Assembly: GCA_963665275.2 (NCBI GenBank)
Contig: CAXXIN010000016.1
Location: forward strand, 224,001-288,000
Length of the DNA: 64,000 nucleotides
Direction of reading: 5' to 3'
DNA from: Negativicutes bacterium
GTDB taxonomy: Bacteria > Bacillota > Negativicutes > UBA1444
In this document: positions 41,623 through 52,435 of the stretch, in pieces
Layout of the letters: each line of letters opens with the position of its first letter
Numbering within the stretch: position 1 is the first letter of the stretch
Position numbers and translations under genes: made by a program
The notes under the pieces: generated by a model
The model's input: only the letters and a program-made list of their open reading frames with translations
What the model was told of the DNA's origin: nothing
Database searches by the model: none

Positions 41623-41725
41623 GATTGAATCTGATTCGTGTTCGCAGGATAGCAGGAATTAATTTCGATCACGTGGAATATTCGTGGGATAATAATGAAA
41701 ATTTCGAATAAAAGGATGTTGCAGG

Positions 41726-42490
41726 ATGGTATTCTTTTTCATGAACCTTGTCACGATTTCCGTATTGTCGGTAGCGGCCGTATTCCTGATGCTGTGGCTG
41801 CGGCGGCGGATCGGAACGGAATCGTTGCGACGCAACCATGAAGTAGCCGGCGTCGTATATTCGGTAGTCGGGGCGATATTTGCCGTGACAGTGGCGTTGA
41901 TCGTCGACACGGTGCACGATGAATACATCCTTGCTGACAAAAATGCCGCAACCGAGGCTGTGCAGGTTGCCGGCCTGTATCAACTGGCCGAATGGTTTCC
42001 TGGCGCCGGGGAAATCCGTCTGAAGGGTCAATTGAAACAATATGCACAGATCGTCGTTGAGAAAGAATGGAAACATGCGCTGAAGAATAGGGCAACAGAA
42101 CCAGCGCTGCCTGAAGCTGAGCGGGCTTTTCATGAAGTGTCGAACTCCGTACGAATGCTGGAACCCTTGACGTTGCAGCAACAGGCGGCTTATGGAGAAG
42201 CGGTTCAACGACTGACTGGGCTGCGGGAAGCACGTTACTATCGATTGCATGGGAAACGATCTGACCTGCCGTTCCCGCTGTTGTTTGCTGTCGTTTTCGG
42301 CGGCGTTGTCACGATCGGCTTTGCCATGTTCTTTTCAATGGACAGTTCGCGAGCCCAGATGGCGATGATCTTTTTTTTGTCAGCTCTGATTTGGAGCAAT
42401 GTCCTGGTGATTTCTCAGGTTCAATACCCGTTTAATGGCATCGATATCACGCCGCCGCGGGCTTTCATCGCCTGGTTGAGCAGCAATTAA
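41726..42490 (+). CDS. DUF4239 (bestrophin-like) membrane protein
   Basis: G..FAV..A.....V, EA, Y...VV..EW, R..R, YPF.G; sigma-H-like promoter at 41652-41679. Confidence 0.8.
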   Translation: MVFFFMNLVTISVLSVAAVFLMLWLRRRIGTESLRRNHEVAGVVYSVVGAIFAVTVALIVDTVHDEYILADKNAATEAVQVAGLYQLAEWFPGAGEIRLKGQLKQYAQIVVEKEWKHALKNRATEPALPEAERAFHEVSNSVRMLEPLTLQQQAAYGEAVQRLTGLREARYYRLHGKRSDLPFPLLFAVVFGGVVTIGFAMFFSMDSSRAQMAMIFFLSALIWSNVLVISQVQYPFNGIDITPPRAFIAWLSSN

Positions 42491-42497
42491 CCGGAGA

Positions 42498-43454
42498 CTA
42501 TATACCATCGCCGCAGATTCCCTTCTGAGCCTTCGGCGTGGAAAGTTCCTCCAAGTTAAAGGGCGTTCCCTGATAAACATAGTAGTTGAGCCAGTTGATG
42601 AACAGAAGGTTGGCTGCGCTGCGCCAACGAACGATTGGGGTCTGCTGCGGATCGTCATTGGGATAATAATTGGCTGGAACGTTGATCGGCGTGCCTTGCG
42701 CGATGTCGCGGTCGTATTCGGCCTTGAGCGTGAATGGATCATATTCGGAGTGCCCGGTTATGAACAGGTCCCGATATTTCTTGTCGATTACTGCATATAC
42801 GCCGGACTCCTCCGACTCCGACAGAATCGACAGGCCGGGAACTTTCTCGATATCTTCGCGACGGACTTCCGTATGGCGGGAGTGGGGGACATAGAAAATG
42901 TCGTCAAAGCCGCGAAACAGCATTTTTTCCTTCATATTTACGCGATGCGGGAATACGCCGAACATTTTTTGCGGCAAGGCGTACTTCGGGATCCCGTAAT
43001 GATGGTACAGAGCGGCCTGCGCACCCCAGCAGATGTGGAGCGTCGAGTAAACGTTGCGGCGACTCCAGTCCATGATTTCGCACAGCTCGTCCCAATACTC
43101 GACTTCTTCGAACGGGACTTGCTCCACCGGCGCGCCGGTAATGATCATGCCGTCATATTTGCGGTGCTTGAGTGAGCTGAAGGTTTCATAGAATTTGACC
43201 AGATGCTCTTGTGAAATATTCTTTGGGGCGTAGGTTTCTGTATACATGAAGTCGAATTCCACCTGCAACGGTGAATTTCCCAGCAAGCGCAGCAATTGGG
43301 TTTCCGTGGCTATTTTCGTCGGCATCAGATTCAGCAGCAATATTCGCAGAGGGCGAATGTCCTGTGAATAGGCGCGGTCCTCGTCCATGGCGAAAATGTT
43401 CTCTTGTTCCAGCGTGTGAACGGCTGGCAAATTGTTAGGAATCTTAATCGGCAT
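42498..43454 (-). CDS. metA: Homoserine O-acyltransferase, probably acetyl-specific
   Basis: MPIKIP..LPA, LNLMP.K, ICWGAQA, GHSEY. GAPVE has Glu at the specificity position associated with acetyl-CoA use. Confidence 0.95.
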   Translation of the reverse strand: MPIKIPNNLPAVHTLEQENIFAMDEDRAYSQDIRPLRILLLNLMPTKIATETQLLRLLGNSPLQVEFDFMYTETYAPKNISQEHLVKFYETFSSLKHRKYDGMIITGAPVEQVPFEEVEYWDELCEIMDWSRRNVYSTLHICWGAQAALYHHYGIPKYALPQKMFGVFPHRVNMKEKMLFRGFDDIFYVPHSRHTEVRREDIEKVPGLSILSESEESGVYAVIDKKYRDLFITGHSEYDPFTLKAEYDRDIAQGTPINVPANYYPNDDPQQTPIVRWRSAANLLFINWLNYYVYQGTPFNLEELSTPKAQKGICGDGI

Positions 43455-43721
43455 GCTGTTCGCTCCTTCCTGTCAAATATCCAAAAGGCTTTATTTGCGC
43501 AATCGGCAAATAAAGCCCCATGTTTTTTGTATTATTGAGTATTATACCTTGTAAGCCAATGAAGATTCAAGCTGTTCATTTATCGTTTGGCGCGTTCCAG
43601 TAAAGGGGCGCTCTTTTTTTGCAAAAATTTATTTAATAAGTTTGACAAAATGTATAGTTTATTATACTATTTGCGTGAGAGAAAAAACGGAGTCGGGAGA
43701 GGGAGAGTGAGGGGGCAAACC

Positions 43722-43952
43722 ATGACCAAGACGATGACTCAGCTAAAAGTTGTCAACCGATTGCATGTTTTTCGCGCCGAACAAAGAATCACACAAGACC
43801 AGCTTGCCAAAGAAATCGGGGTAACTCGCGCAACGATTGTCGCAATTGAAGGCGGGGGATATAATCCTTCGCTGGAACTAGCTTTTCGGTTGGCGCGATA
43901 TTTTAAAACGGACATTCAGACTATTTTTTCGGTGGAGGAGGAAGCACAATGA
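43722..43952 (+). CDS. XRE-family HTH regulator
   Basis: TQDQLA..IGVTR.TI.AIE.G.YNPSLELAF. Confidence 0.92.
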   Translation: MTKTMTQLKVVNRLHVFRAEQRITQDQLAKEIGVTRATIVAIEGGGYNPSLELAFRLARYFKTDIQTIFSVEEEAQ

Positions 43953-44545
43953 AAAAGTGGGAATCGATCTTATTGAAGGGTTTTTTGTACGGATTGCCGA
44001 TTTTGGTGGTGTATGCCGTTTTTTCATACTCCATTGATTGGAAAAACGTACCCCAATCCGACAATTTTCTGAGGACGCTTTATGACTTGGGTGGGCTTAT
44101 TCTGGGCGTATGGATGATCTTGGCAGTTTCTTTGAGCCTTCGCCTGCTCTTTTCGGGAACTTTCCGCGAAGCGACTCTGGCAAAGCTTACCCTGATCAAG
44201 GAACGGGACGAACGGGAAAGCTTTTTGACCGGCAGGGCAGCCAAGTCCACCATGTTGGCGTCTATTGCCATCCTGATCTTTTTGTTCTGTTTATCCTGTT
44301 TTCAGGTTTATTACTATACGCTACCGCCGGAACAGGTCGTTGAAGGAAAAACCAAAGCAATTTCGCTGGGGATGCGACTTGATCTGTTTGCGGACGAAGC
44401 GGGCAGGGCCGCAGATACCGCCACTGGGGGCAAGAGTCTGTGGTCGTACAGCGGCTTGCCCTTTTCCAGCTCCAGTATTATCCTTGGGCTTATTATCTGG
44501 CAAATTGGGTTTTATCATTTTTCGATAAAACGAATGATGAAATGA
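43949..44545 (+). CDS. Hypothetical membrane protein (DUF2178-like DERE motif)
   Basis: Four TM helices, ERDERE; coupled to the XRE gene. Confidence 0.65.
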   Translation: MKKWESILLKGFLYGLPILVVYAVFSYSIDWKNVPQSDNFLRTLYDLGGLILGVWMILAVSLSLRLLFSGTFREATLAKLTLIKERDERESFLTGRAAKSTMLASIAILIFLFCLSCFQVYYYTLPPEQVVEGKTKAISLGMRLDLFADEAGRAADTATGGKSLWSYSGLPFSSSSIILGLIIWQIGFYHFSIKRMMK

Positions 44546-44548
44546 CGA

Positions 44549-45238
44549 TTATTGCTTTTCACTCTGTTCTGCAGGGCAAGTTTGCTCCATGATCGGCGGG
44601 GTGGAATTGCGGGCTGCCAGCCACATGGAAACAGCCAGGATGAGCAGACTGCCGATGACGATAGGCAGAGTCCAGAAGGCGGACGGTACGTATTCATAGA
44701 GTCCCAATATACCAAAACAGATGAATAAAATGGCGGCGCCCCACTTCATCGTACGCTCGGGGATCTTTTTACCCAACACGATACCGAATATGATCCCTAG
44801 CCCGTCGGCGACCATCATGCCTGCGGTTGTTCCGAGCCAGACCGGGAGAATGGTATTGAATTTTGCCGCTAAAGCGATGGTCGCAAGCTGGGTTTTATCC
44901 CCCATTTCCGCAATGAAAAAGGCAATGGCAACCGTCCAGAACGGGTTGAATTTGTCTTTTTCCGCTTCGTCACCCAGTTCATCGCCACGAATGGTCCAGA
45001 TTCCAAAAGCGATGAAGGAAATGGCTGCGCCGATTTGAATGTATGATAACGGAATAAATGCGGTCAGATAGTTGCCGACGAGGACGGCGAACAGATGATT
45101 CAGCACGGTAGCGACAAATACGCCCCACATGACGGTTTGCCAGCGAAAGCGGCAGGCGAAAGCCATGGCGAGAAGCTGGGTTTTGTCGCCCATTTCGGCG
45201 AGTACGACAAAGGCAAGGGATGTCAGAAATGCGGTCAT
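44549..45238 (-). CDS. TMEM165/GDT1 (UPF0016) Mn2+ exporter
   Basis: Two AEMGDKTQL motifs. Confidence 0.95.
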   Translation of the reverse strand: MTAFLTSLAFVVLAEMGDKTQLLAMAFACRFRWQTVMWGVFVATVLNHLFAVLVGNYLTAFIPLSYIQIGAAISFIAFGIWTIRGDELGDEAEKDKFNPFWTVAIAFFIAEMGDKTQLATIALAAKFNTILPVWLGTTAGMMVADGLGIIFGIVLGKKIPERTMKWGAAILFICFGILGLYEYVPSAFWTLPIVIGSLLILAVSMWLAARNSTPPIMEQTCPAEQSEKQ

Positions 45239-45282
45239 CAAAATAAGTCCTCCTTCTTCGAATAGGCAATAGTGCAGGCAAA

Positions 45283-45415
45283 ATAAAAAGCGAGACACTT
45301 CGGCCTGACGATATTCGTCAGGCCGAAGGTCTCGCTGATTGACTTTCGCCAACGGTTCGGCCAGGCATTTCTGCCAGTATGTTGACCGGACCTTAGACAG
45401 CTACTCCCCCTCGGG
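45283..45415 (-). ncRNA. yybP-ykoY manganese riboswitch with overlapping terminator
   Basis: Minus strand GGGGAGTAGC...GTCAACATAC...GCGAGACCTT. The terminator GCGAGAC...GTCTCGC-TTTTT shares the aptamer 3' strand. Confidence 0.93.
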
Positions 45416-45467
45416 ATTAATAAATCATATTCTATTCATATTGACGACGCTTGTCAAGTAGGTCAAA

Positions 45468-46649
45468 TTATTTTTTCAACAAGTCAATTGCCGCTACCGC
45501 CATCGATGTCGCCATGATGGCAATCGCATCTTCGTCAATAGCAAAGGTTGAGCTATGTCCCGGCGAAGTTAATCCTTTTTCAGGATTGCTGCTTCCAACG
45601 TAGAAAAAGGCGCCGGGGACTTTTTCCAGATAATAAGCCATATCTTCGCCGCCCATTGAAGGATCCGGCCGTTGCGAAACCTGATCGGGTCCCCATACGC
45701 GTTTTAGAGTATTTTCAACATGCCCGGTTATTTCAATGTTGTTGACGAGCGGCGGATAGCCGAAGTGATAGGAAAATCGATAATCAGCCCGCATGCTGGA
45801 GGTAACACCTGCGATGACTCGCTCGATACGCTCCGGCAGGCTTTGGCGCAGCTCCGGGTCTATCGCCCTCACGGTGCCTTTCATATTGATTTCATCCGCA
45901 ATGATGTTGTAAGCATATCCGCCGTTGATCATGCCGATCGAAACAACCACCGGCTTTATCGGGTTGATTTCCCGACTGGCAATTGTCTGCAAGGCATTTA
46001 CAACCTGACAGGCGACCGCTACGGCGTCCACGCCTTGATGCGGCGCCGCTCCATGGCAGCCTTTGCCGACAATGGCAATATCAATGGCGTCGAGACAGGC
46101 CATCGCCGGACCATAGCGGACCGCTAATTTCCCTACCGGCATATCCTGCCAAACGTGAGCGCCGACGATCGCATCGACACCTTCCAGCACACCTTGCTCA
46201 ATCATAGGTTTGGCGCCGCCCGGTCCTTCTTCGGCCGGCTGGAAAATGAGTTTGACTGAACCGGACAACTCTTGGCGAATTTCGCCCAGAACCATGGCAG
46301 CTCCCAGGAGCGAGGCTGTATGCACGTCATGTCCGCAAGCATGCATGACTCCTTCATTAACGGAGGCATAAGGCAAGCCTGTTTTTTCGGTCAGGGTCAG
46401 CGCATCCATGTCTGCACGCAGAGCAACCATTTTGCCGGGTTTTCCTCCATGAATAACAGCTACGACACCGGTCTCGGCAATGCCTGTTTGGTGTTCAATG
46501 CCCAGGTCGGTCAGTACTTTGCTGACATACCGGGCGGTGTCATGCTCTTGAAATCCAATCTCCGGGTGCTGGTGGAAATGCCGACGCATCTCGATTAGCT
46601 TGGGCTCCAGTTCTTTCACTCTTTGCTTGATCCAACTATCAGTTAGCAT
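45468..46649 (-). CDS. M20 family amidohydrolase
   Basis: LRADMDAL, HACGHD, FQPAEE, GGED. Confidence 0.95.
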   Translation of the reverse strand: MLTDSWIKQRVKELEPKLIEMRRHFHQHPEIGFQEHDTARYVSKVLTDLGIEHQTGIAETGVVAVIHGGKPGKMVALRADMDALTLTEKTGLPYASVNEGVMHACGHDVHTASLLGAAMVLGEIRQELSGSVKLIFQPAEEGPGGAKPMIEQGVLEGVDAIVGAHVWQDMPVGKLAVRYGPAMACLDAIDIAIVGKGCHGAAPHQGVDAVAVACQVVNALQTIASREINPIKPVVVSIGMINGGYAYNIIADEINMKGTVRAIDPELRQSLPERIERVIAGVTSSMRADYRFSYHFGYPPLVNNIEITGHVENTLKRVWGPDQVSQRPDPSMGGEDMAYYLEKVPGAFFYVGSSNPEKGLTSPGHSSTFAIDEDAIAIMATSMAVAAIDLLKK

Positions 46650-46676
46650 TGGCTCAGATCCTTTCTTTATTCTAAA

Positions 46677-47639
46677 TTAACCGGCAAAACTGCCAGTCAG
46701 GTGACACGCCACGAACCCGCCCTGGTTGTTAGGCAGTAACGCAGGTGCGGTCTCTTTGCAGATATCTTTGCGATACAGGCACCTGCCATAGAAACGACAG
46801 CCTGGAGCCGGATTGATGGGGCTGGGAATATCCCCGCAGAGGATAATCCGGTTCCGGCTGACATCCAGTTTGGGAATAGGGACAGCCGATAACAGCGCCT
46901 GCGTATAAGGATGCTGCGGTCGTTCAAAAATCGTTTTATTGTCGGCCAGCTCGACGATTTTCCCCAGATACATAACGGCAATTCTTTTGCTCATATGCTT
47001 CACTACGCTTAAATTGTGCGAAATAAACAAATAGGTAAGTCCGAAATCGCGTTGCAAGCCGCGCAAAAGGTTCAATATCTGCGCCTGGATGCAAACGTCC
47101 AAAGCCGACACGGGTTCATCCAATACGATGAATTCCGGATCCAGCGCCAAGGCTCTGGCCACCCCTATCCGTTGACGCCTGCCGCCATCCAGTTCATGCG
47201 GGTAGCTATTGATAAGCCTTGCCGCCAAGCCGACGGTATTCATCAGAAACAGGATTCGATCCTGAACTTGTTGCCGGGTTTGAAAAACGTTATTAACGTA
47301 CAGCGGCTCGGCGATCAGCTCGAACACTGTCAGGCGCGGATTCAGTGAAGAGTAGGGATCCTGAAACACGATTTGCATTTTTTTTCGTGCTTCTTTTACC
47401 TGCGCTTTATTCAATGCCAGCACATTGACGCCGTTATACAGGACTTCCCCGCCTGTCGCCTCCAATAAGCGAATCAACAGGCGCCCTGTTGTGGATTTGC
47501 CGCAGCCTGATTCCCCAACAAGCCCTAAAGTCTCCCCTTTGTCGATATGAAAATTTACATCATCCACCGCATGCAGAAGTCCTTTTTTTGTCGGAAAGTA
47601 TTTTTTAAGGTTTTTTACTTCCATCAACTTGTCTGTCAT
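46677..47639 (-). CDS. oppF: Peptide ABC transporter ATP-binding protein (OppF/DppF)
   Basis: GESGCGKS, QDPYSSLNP, YPHELDGG, C-terminal Cys motif. Confidence 0.92.
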   Translation of the reverse strand: MTDKLMEVKNLKKYFPTKKGLLHAVDDVNFHIDKGETLGLVGESGCGKSTTGRLLIRLLEATGGEVLYNGVNVLALNKAQVKEARKKMQIVFQDPYSSLNPRLTVFELIAEPLYVNNVFQTRQQVQDRILFLMNTVGLAARLINSYPHELDGGRRQRIGVARALALDPEFIVLDEPVSALDVCIQAQILNLLRGLQRDFGLTYLFISHNLSVVKHMSKRIAVMYLGKIVELADNKTIFERPQHPYTQALLSAVPIPKLDVSRNRIILCGDIPSPINPAPGCRFYGRCLYRKDICKETAPALLPNNQGGFVACHLTGSFAG

Positions 47640-47657
47640 AAAATCCTCCCGAGGTTA

Positions 47658-48620
47658 TTACTCAAACAAAAAACATGAAACATGGTGACCGGGATCCACT
47701 TCAATCCTGCGAGGGATCGATTGCGAGCAGCGGGGCAGGGCCGCGGGACATCGTGGATGAAAGGCGCAGCCTGGCGGTAGGTTGGTCGGATCGGGCATCT
47801 GTCCCTTGATTACTTGCAGATCCTCCTGCTCCCCGTCAATATCGGGAATGGAGTTAAACAGACCGATGGTGTAAGGGTGACGCGGCTGGGTGAACAGAGC
47901 GCGTTTGTCGGCGTACTCGACAACGTTCCCGGCGTACATAATGGCAACTTTGTCGCACGTGTCGGCAACAATTCCCAGATCGTGCGTAATCAAAAGCATA
48001 GAAGTTCCGATTCGGTCTTTAAGTTCTTGCATGAGCGCCAAAACTTGCGCTTGGATGGTAACGTCCAAAGCGGTTGTCGGCTCATCGGCAATCAGTAGGA
48101 CAGGATTGCAGGCCAAAGCTATCGCAATCACCACGCGTTGTTTCATGCCGCCGCTGAACTGGTGGGGATAGTCTTTCGCTCTTTCTGCTTGAATATCCAC
48201 CATTTCCAGCATTTTTTCGGCTTTTTCCATCGCTTGTACTTTGCCGATTTTCTCGTGAATTATGATCATTTCCGCGATTTGTTCGCCCACGGTCATATTC
48301 GGGTTTAATGAGGTCATAGGGTCCTGAAAAATCATGGCGATTTTTTTGCCGCGGATCGCTCTGATCTCGTCAACGGATGTAAGCAGCAAATCCTGCCCCT
48401 CAAAAAGGATCTGTCCCTGGATGATTCGGCCTGGCGACTCAATAAGGCGCATAACGGCCAAAGCTGTTGTCGTTTTCCCTGCCCCTGTCTCACCAACGAA
48501 TCCTAAGGTTTCACCAAAACCAAGCTCCATATTCAGATGATCGACGGCTCGAACCGTCCCATCCTCGACAGCATATTGTACAACCAGATCTTTTATTTCC
48601 AACAAGGGTGTCTGTGTCAT
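47658..48620 (-). CDS. oppD: Peptide ABC transporter ATP-binding protein (OppD/DppD)
   Basis: GETGAGKT, YPHQFSGGM, DEPTTALDVT. Confidence 0.92.
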   Translation of the reverse strand: MTQTPLLEIKDLVVQYAVEDGTVRAVDHLNMELGFGETLGFVGETGAGKTTTALAVMRLIESPGRIIQGQILFEGQDLLLTSVDEIRAIRGKKIAMIFQDPMTSLNPNMTVGEQIAEMIIIHEKIGKVQAMEKAEKMLEMVDIQAERAKDYPHQFSGGMKQRVVIAIALACNPVLLIADEPTTALDVTIQAQVLALMQELKDRIGTSMLLITHDLGIVADTCDKVAIMYAGNVVEYADKRALFTQPRHPYTIGLFNSIPDIDGEQEDLQVIKGQMPDPTNLPPGCAFHPRCPAALPRCSQSIPRRIEVDPGHHVSCFLFE

Positions 48621-48639
48621 AGCGAACCCCTTTCAACGC

Positions 48640-49521
48640 CTAATTTTTCAATTTCGGGTCAAGCGCATCACGCAGCCCATCACCAAGTAAGTTAAGGCCG
48701 AAAACAGTGATCATGATCGCCATGCCGGGGAAAACCGTCATAAACCAATAGTTCCGGATGAACGACCTGCCGCCGGATAACATCGCCCCCCACTCAGGGA
48801 CTGGCGGCTGTATTCCCAACCCGATAAAGCTGAGGGCGGCCGCGACGATGATGGCCGTAGCGACACCCAAGGTGCTCTGGACAATCAACGGAGCTAAACA
48901 ATTTGGCAGAATGTGCTTGAATATGATTCGGAGGTCACTTGAGCCAACCGCACGAGCAGCTTCCACAAATTCATAGTCGCGGATGGTCAAGACTGACGCA
49001 TGAACAATTCTCGCATAGCGCGGAATCGATGAAATCCCAACTGCGATCATGAGGTTGACTAAGCCCGGCCCCAGCGCGGCGACGATGGATATCGCCAACA
49101 AAATCGAAGGGATGGATAAGAGGATATCCATGGAACGCATGATCAATTGATCCAGCTTGCCGCCATAGTAACCGGCAATCGCGCCGAGAAAGCCCCCGAT
49201 AATAATGGAAATCCCGACGGAAAGAAAGCCGACCTCCAGCGAAATTCGGGCCCCATAGACTATTCGGCTAAAAATATCGCGGCCAAAATCATCGGTTCCA
49301 AACAAATGTTTAATACTAGGATATTGAAACGTCTCCTTGAGGTTTTGCTGGGCATAGGGATAGGGCGCAATAAATTCAGCAAAAATTGCAGTAACAAACA
49401 ACAAACCGATGATCACCAAACCGCACATGGCCATTTTGCTTCTTTTCAACCGACGCCACGTGACAAACAGCTGGCTTTGCTTCTTGGGGATTTTTTCAAC
49501 TATATCGCTTTGAGAACTCAC
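48640..49521 (-). CDS. oppC: Peptide ABC transporter permease (OppC/DppC)
   Basis: GTD..GRD, EAA motif, GDGLRDALDP. Confidence 0.92.
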   Translation of the reverse strand: MSSQSDIVEKIPKKQSQLFVTWRRLKRSKMAMCGLVIIGLLFVTAIFAEFIAPYPYAQQNLKETFQYPSIKHLFGTDDFGRDIFSRIVYGARISLEVGFLSVGISIIIGGFLGAIAGYYGGKLDQLIMRSMDILLSIPSILLAISIVAALGPGLVNLMIAVGISSIPRYARIVHASVLTIRDYEFVEAARAVGSSDLRIIFKHILPNCLAPLIVQSTLGVATAIIVAAALSFIGLGIQPPVPEWGAMLSGGRSFIRNYWFMTVFPGMAIMITVFGLNLLGDGLRDALDPKLKN

Positions 49522-49534
49522 CTGATTCACCCCG

Positions 49535-50465
49535 TTATTTATATTGAGATCGAATTCGCGGATTGACATACGCATACAGCAAATCGACGATGAGGTTAAT
49601 CACACAGAATGCAATGGCAATGACCAAAACTCCCCCTTGAACGATGGGGAAGTCCCGCATTTTTATCGCTTCGACCATTAACCTCCCCAGCCCCGGAATC
49701 GAAAAAATCGTTTCCGTCAGAACCGCGCCACCTAACAAGCTGCCGAATTGAAGGCCGACCACCGTGATGATAGGGACCAGTGCATTGCCTAACGCATGCC
49801 GCAGAATGATGACCGACTCGGTCTGCCCTTTGGCGCGGACCGTTCGGATATAGTCCTGCCGAATCACTTCCAGCATGCTGGACCGGGTCATTCTCGCAAT
49901 AATCGCCGTCGATAGACCGCCGAGAGCGATCATGGGCATGATCATTTGATCGATGCGGTCATAACCGGAAGCAGGCAACCAATTGAGCTGAACTGTAAAG
50001 AGTAGAATGAGCAATAGGCCCAGCCAGAAAATCGGCATGGAAGTTCCGATAAGCGCCAGAATCATCGCCACAGTATCAATGAGCGAATACGGTTTAATTG
50101 CAGAGATGATGCCGGCGGGAATCCCGATGACCATGGAGAAAATCACAGCCGTTGGTCGCCAATTTCATCGTGATGAAGAAGGCAGGGATTATTTCATTGA
50201 GAACCGGGCTGTTGCTGATATACGAACGTCCGATGTCTTGAAAAAGAATCAGGTTTTTCAAGAAAGTCGCGTATTGCACGATAAAGGGTTGATCCAATCC
50301 CATTTCCTGCCGCAATAGCAGGACTTGATCCGGGCTGGCCTGCGTACCCAAAATCAAGGCGGCAGGATCGCCTGGCGTCAGATAAAGCATGGTAAAAACG
50401 ATGAAAGTGACTCCCAAGATAACGGGTACTAAAAAAAGAATGCGGCGAAAAACATATTTTAGCAT
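49535..50465 (-). CDS. oppB: Peptide ABC transporter permease (OppB/DppB; frameshift near 50150)
   Basis: PGDPA, GLDQP in ORF 50094..50477; RSSMLEV...DY..T.RAKG in ORF 49535..50146. Confidence 0.9.
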
Positions 50466-50548
50466 TAGTACCTCCAAAACATACCTAACTCACTTGCAAG
50501 AACTAAGGGGCATAGCTTGGCTACACCCCTTGGTCAATCAGATTAATA

Positions 50549-52111
50549 TTATTCGAATGAGACGTTAAACAAATTGTGGACAGCACCGGGGCTGGCTTTA
50601 AAGCCTTTGACGTTCTTTTTGGCTCCGATCACCTGTTCGCCGTTCAAAAGGGGTAGGTAGGGAAGATCAGCCATGATAATCTGCTGAATTTCCTGATAAG
50701 CTTGTTTTTTTGCATCTCCGTCATCCATTGCTTTGGCCTTAACGATGAGCGCATCAACTTTGGGGTTGGAATAGAACGCTCTGTTTCCGGCTGCACCGAG
50801 GTTCTTGGAGTTGAATAGGGGGTCCAGGATTTGATCAGGGTCGTTGATCGAGACGGTCCAACTCATCAGGAACATGGAGTGTTCCCCTTTGCCGGTCTTC
50901 TCGAAATAAGCGCCCCATTCAAACACTTTGATCTCAATTTCAACGCCGACTTCTTTTAACATGTTCTGCATGATCTGCGCCATATCAATTCTTTCTTTGC
51001 GGTCATTGGTCCAGATTTCGAGTTTCAAGCCACTGGCATAGCCGGCTTCTTTCAAGAGCTGCCGTGCTTTTTCCGGATTGTATTCGTGCTGTTTCAGTGA
51101 ATTATCGGCATAAATCAAGTTGGGGGCGACCATTCCTGTCGCTGGTTTACCGACTCCGCGCCACGCAGATTCGACGACCGACTTGGTATCGATTGCATAG
51201 GAGAAGGCCTGCCGAACCCGGATGTCATCAAAAGGTTTTTTACCGGCGTTAAAGCCCATGTATGTCACAGAGTTGTCGATTACGCGGAAAAGTTGCAGAC
51301 CTTTATTATCTTCAACTCGTTTCACGTCATTGGTAGTAACATCCAGGGCGATGTCGACGCCACCGCTCTCCAGTTCAATCACCCGATTGGTTCCTTCGGG
51401 AATGATCCGAATGACAACGTCCTTAATTTTGCTTTTTTCGCCGTAATAATCATCAAAGCGAGTCAACGCGATTTGGTTGCCTCTCTTCCAGCTGACAAAC
51501 TTGTACTTGCCGGTTCCAACCGGATTTTGCCCATAGTCTTTGCCGGCACTTTTCACGGCTTTCTCATTTAACATCGACAAATTATCGGCGGAAAGAACCG
51601 CCAAAAATCCTGGATAGGGAGTTTTCAATTTGATGATAATGGTATAATCATCCACCACTTTGATGCCGCCGACATCGATATTGCTGACCAGCGAGCCAAT
51701 GGAAGCGCCCGCAGGCGTAACGGCGCGCTCGAAGGTGAACTTCACATCGCTGGCTTTGAATATTTCCCCGTTGTGGAATTTGACGCCTTTTCTCAGTTTA
51801 AACTCATAAGTCAAATCATCAATTTTTTTGTAAGACTCTGCCAATGCTGGTACAATTTTGTTACTTGCTTCATCCATTACCAGTAACGTATTGTAGATTT
51901 GGCGATTAATCTGGTTGGAAAAAATATCCCGGCTTCCCTGCGGGTCTAGACTTTTGGCATCCGATCCCATCGCTACTGTAAGGATGTCCTTTGTTTTCGC
52001 AGCGTCCGGCTTGCTCCCGGACCCCCCGCAACCGGCGATGACAGCCGCACTTACTACCAGCAAGATGATGAACAAACAAGCCCTGATGATTTTACCCATT
52101 CTTCCCAACAA
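50549..52111 (-). CDS. ABC transporter substrate-binding lipoprotein (family 5, GsiB/DppA-like)
   Basis: Lipobox IAGC, LDP, LRKGVKFHNG, PVGTG.Y. Confidence 0.93.
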   Translation of the reverse strand: MLGRMGKIIRACLFIILLVVSAAVIAGCGGSGSKPDAAKTKDILTVAMGSDAKSLDPQGSRDIFSNQINRQIYNTLLVMDEASNKIVPALAESYKKIDDLTYEFKLRKGVKFHNGEIFKASDVKFTFERAVTPAGASIGSLVSNIDVGGIKVVDDYTIIIKLKTPYPGFLAVLSADNLSMLNEKAVKSAGKDYGQNPVGTGKYKFVSWKRGNQIALTRFDDYYGEKSKIKDVVIRIIPEGTNRVIELESGGVDIALDVTTNDVKRVEDNKGLQLFRVIDNSVTYMGFNAGKKPFDDIRVRQAFSYAIDTKSVVESAWRGVGKPATGMVAPNLIYADNSLKQHEYNPEKARQLLKEAGYASGLKLEIWTNDRKERIDMAQIMQNMLKEVGVEIEIKVFEWGAYFEKTGKGEHSMFLMSWTVSINDPDQILDPLFNSKNLGAAGNRAFYSNPKVDALIVKAKAMDDGDAKKQAYQEIQQIIMADLPYLPLLNGEQVIGAKKNVKGFKASPGAVHNLFNVSFE

Positions 52112-52185
52112 CTCCCCTTCTATATTTCAATGGCAATAACACACAAACGGGATAAAACTGAAGCAAAGTGCACACATAAATAAGT

Positions 52186-52344
52186 AAAAAAATGAAGCCA
52201 TACGCATTAAAATGCGATGGCTTCGTGCCACCAAAACTCATGCGAAAAAAGAAAGTCATTCTCCTGAAAGAGGTTGATTTTTCTGGTAGCATGGAGTGTA
52301 GTGAATTATGACTGATTTTAGCAAAATCACCCGGCGAATGTCAA
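52186..52344 (-). promoter_or_regulatory. Promoter plus structured leader with intrinsic terminator upstream of the peptide ABC operon
   Basis: TTGACA-18-TAAAAT (52344-52315); terminator GAAGCCAT..ATGGCTTC plus U run (52224-52186). Confidence 0.65.
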
Positions 52345-52435
52345 TACGCCGGATCCTTGCGAGCGCTTGCTGTTGTCAGGATGCATCGGTATAGTATAAT
52401 GTAGTGCCATTATAAAAAGGATGAGGGGTAACCGA

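Noticed and set aside
52092-52292. Phe-rich leader peptide (MTFFF) or a T-box (GGTGGCAC) in the ABC operon leader
   Set aside because: The RBS is only one nucleotide from the ATG, the ORF runs through the terminator, and there is no T-box stem I.
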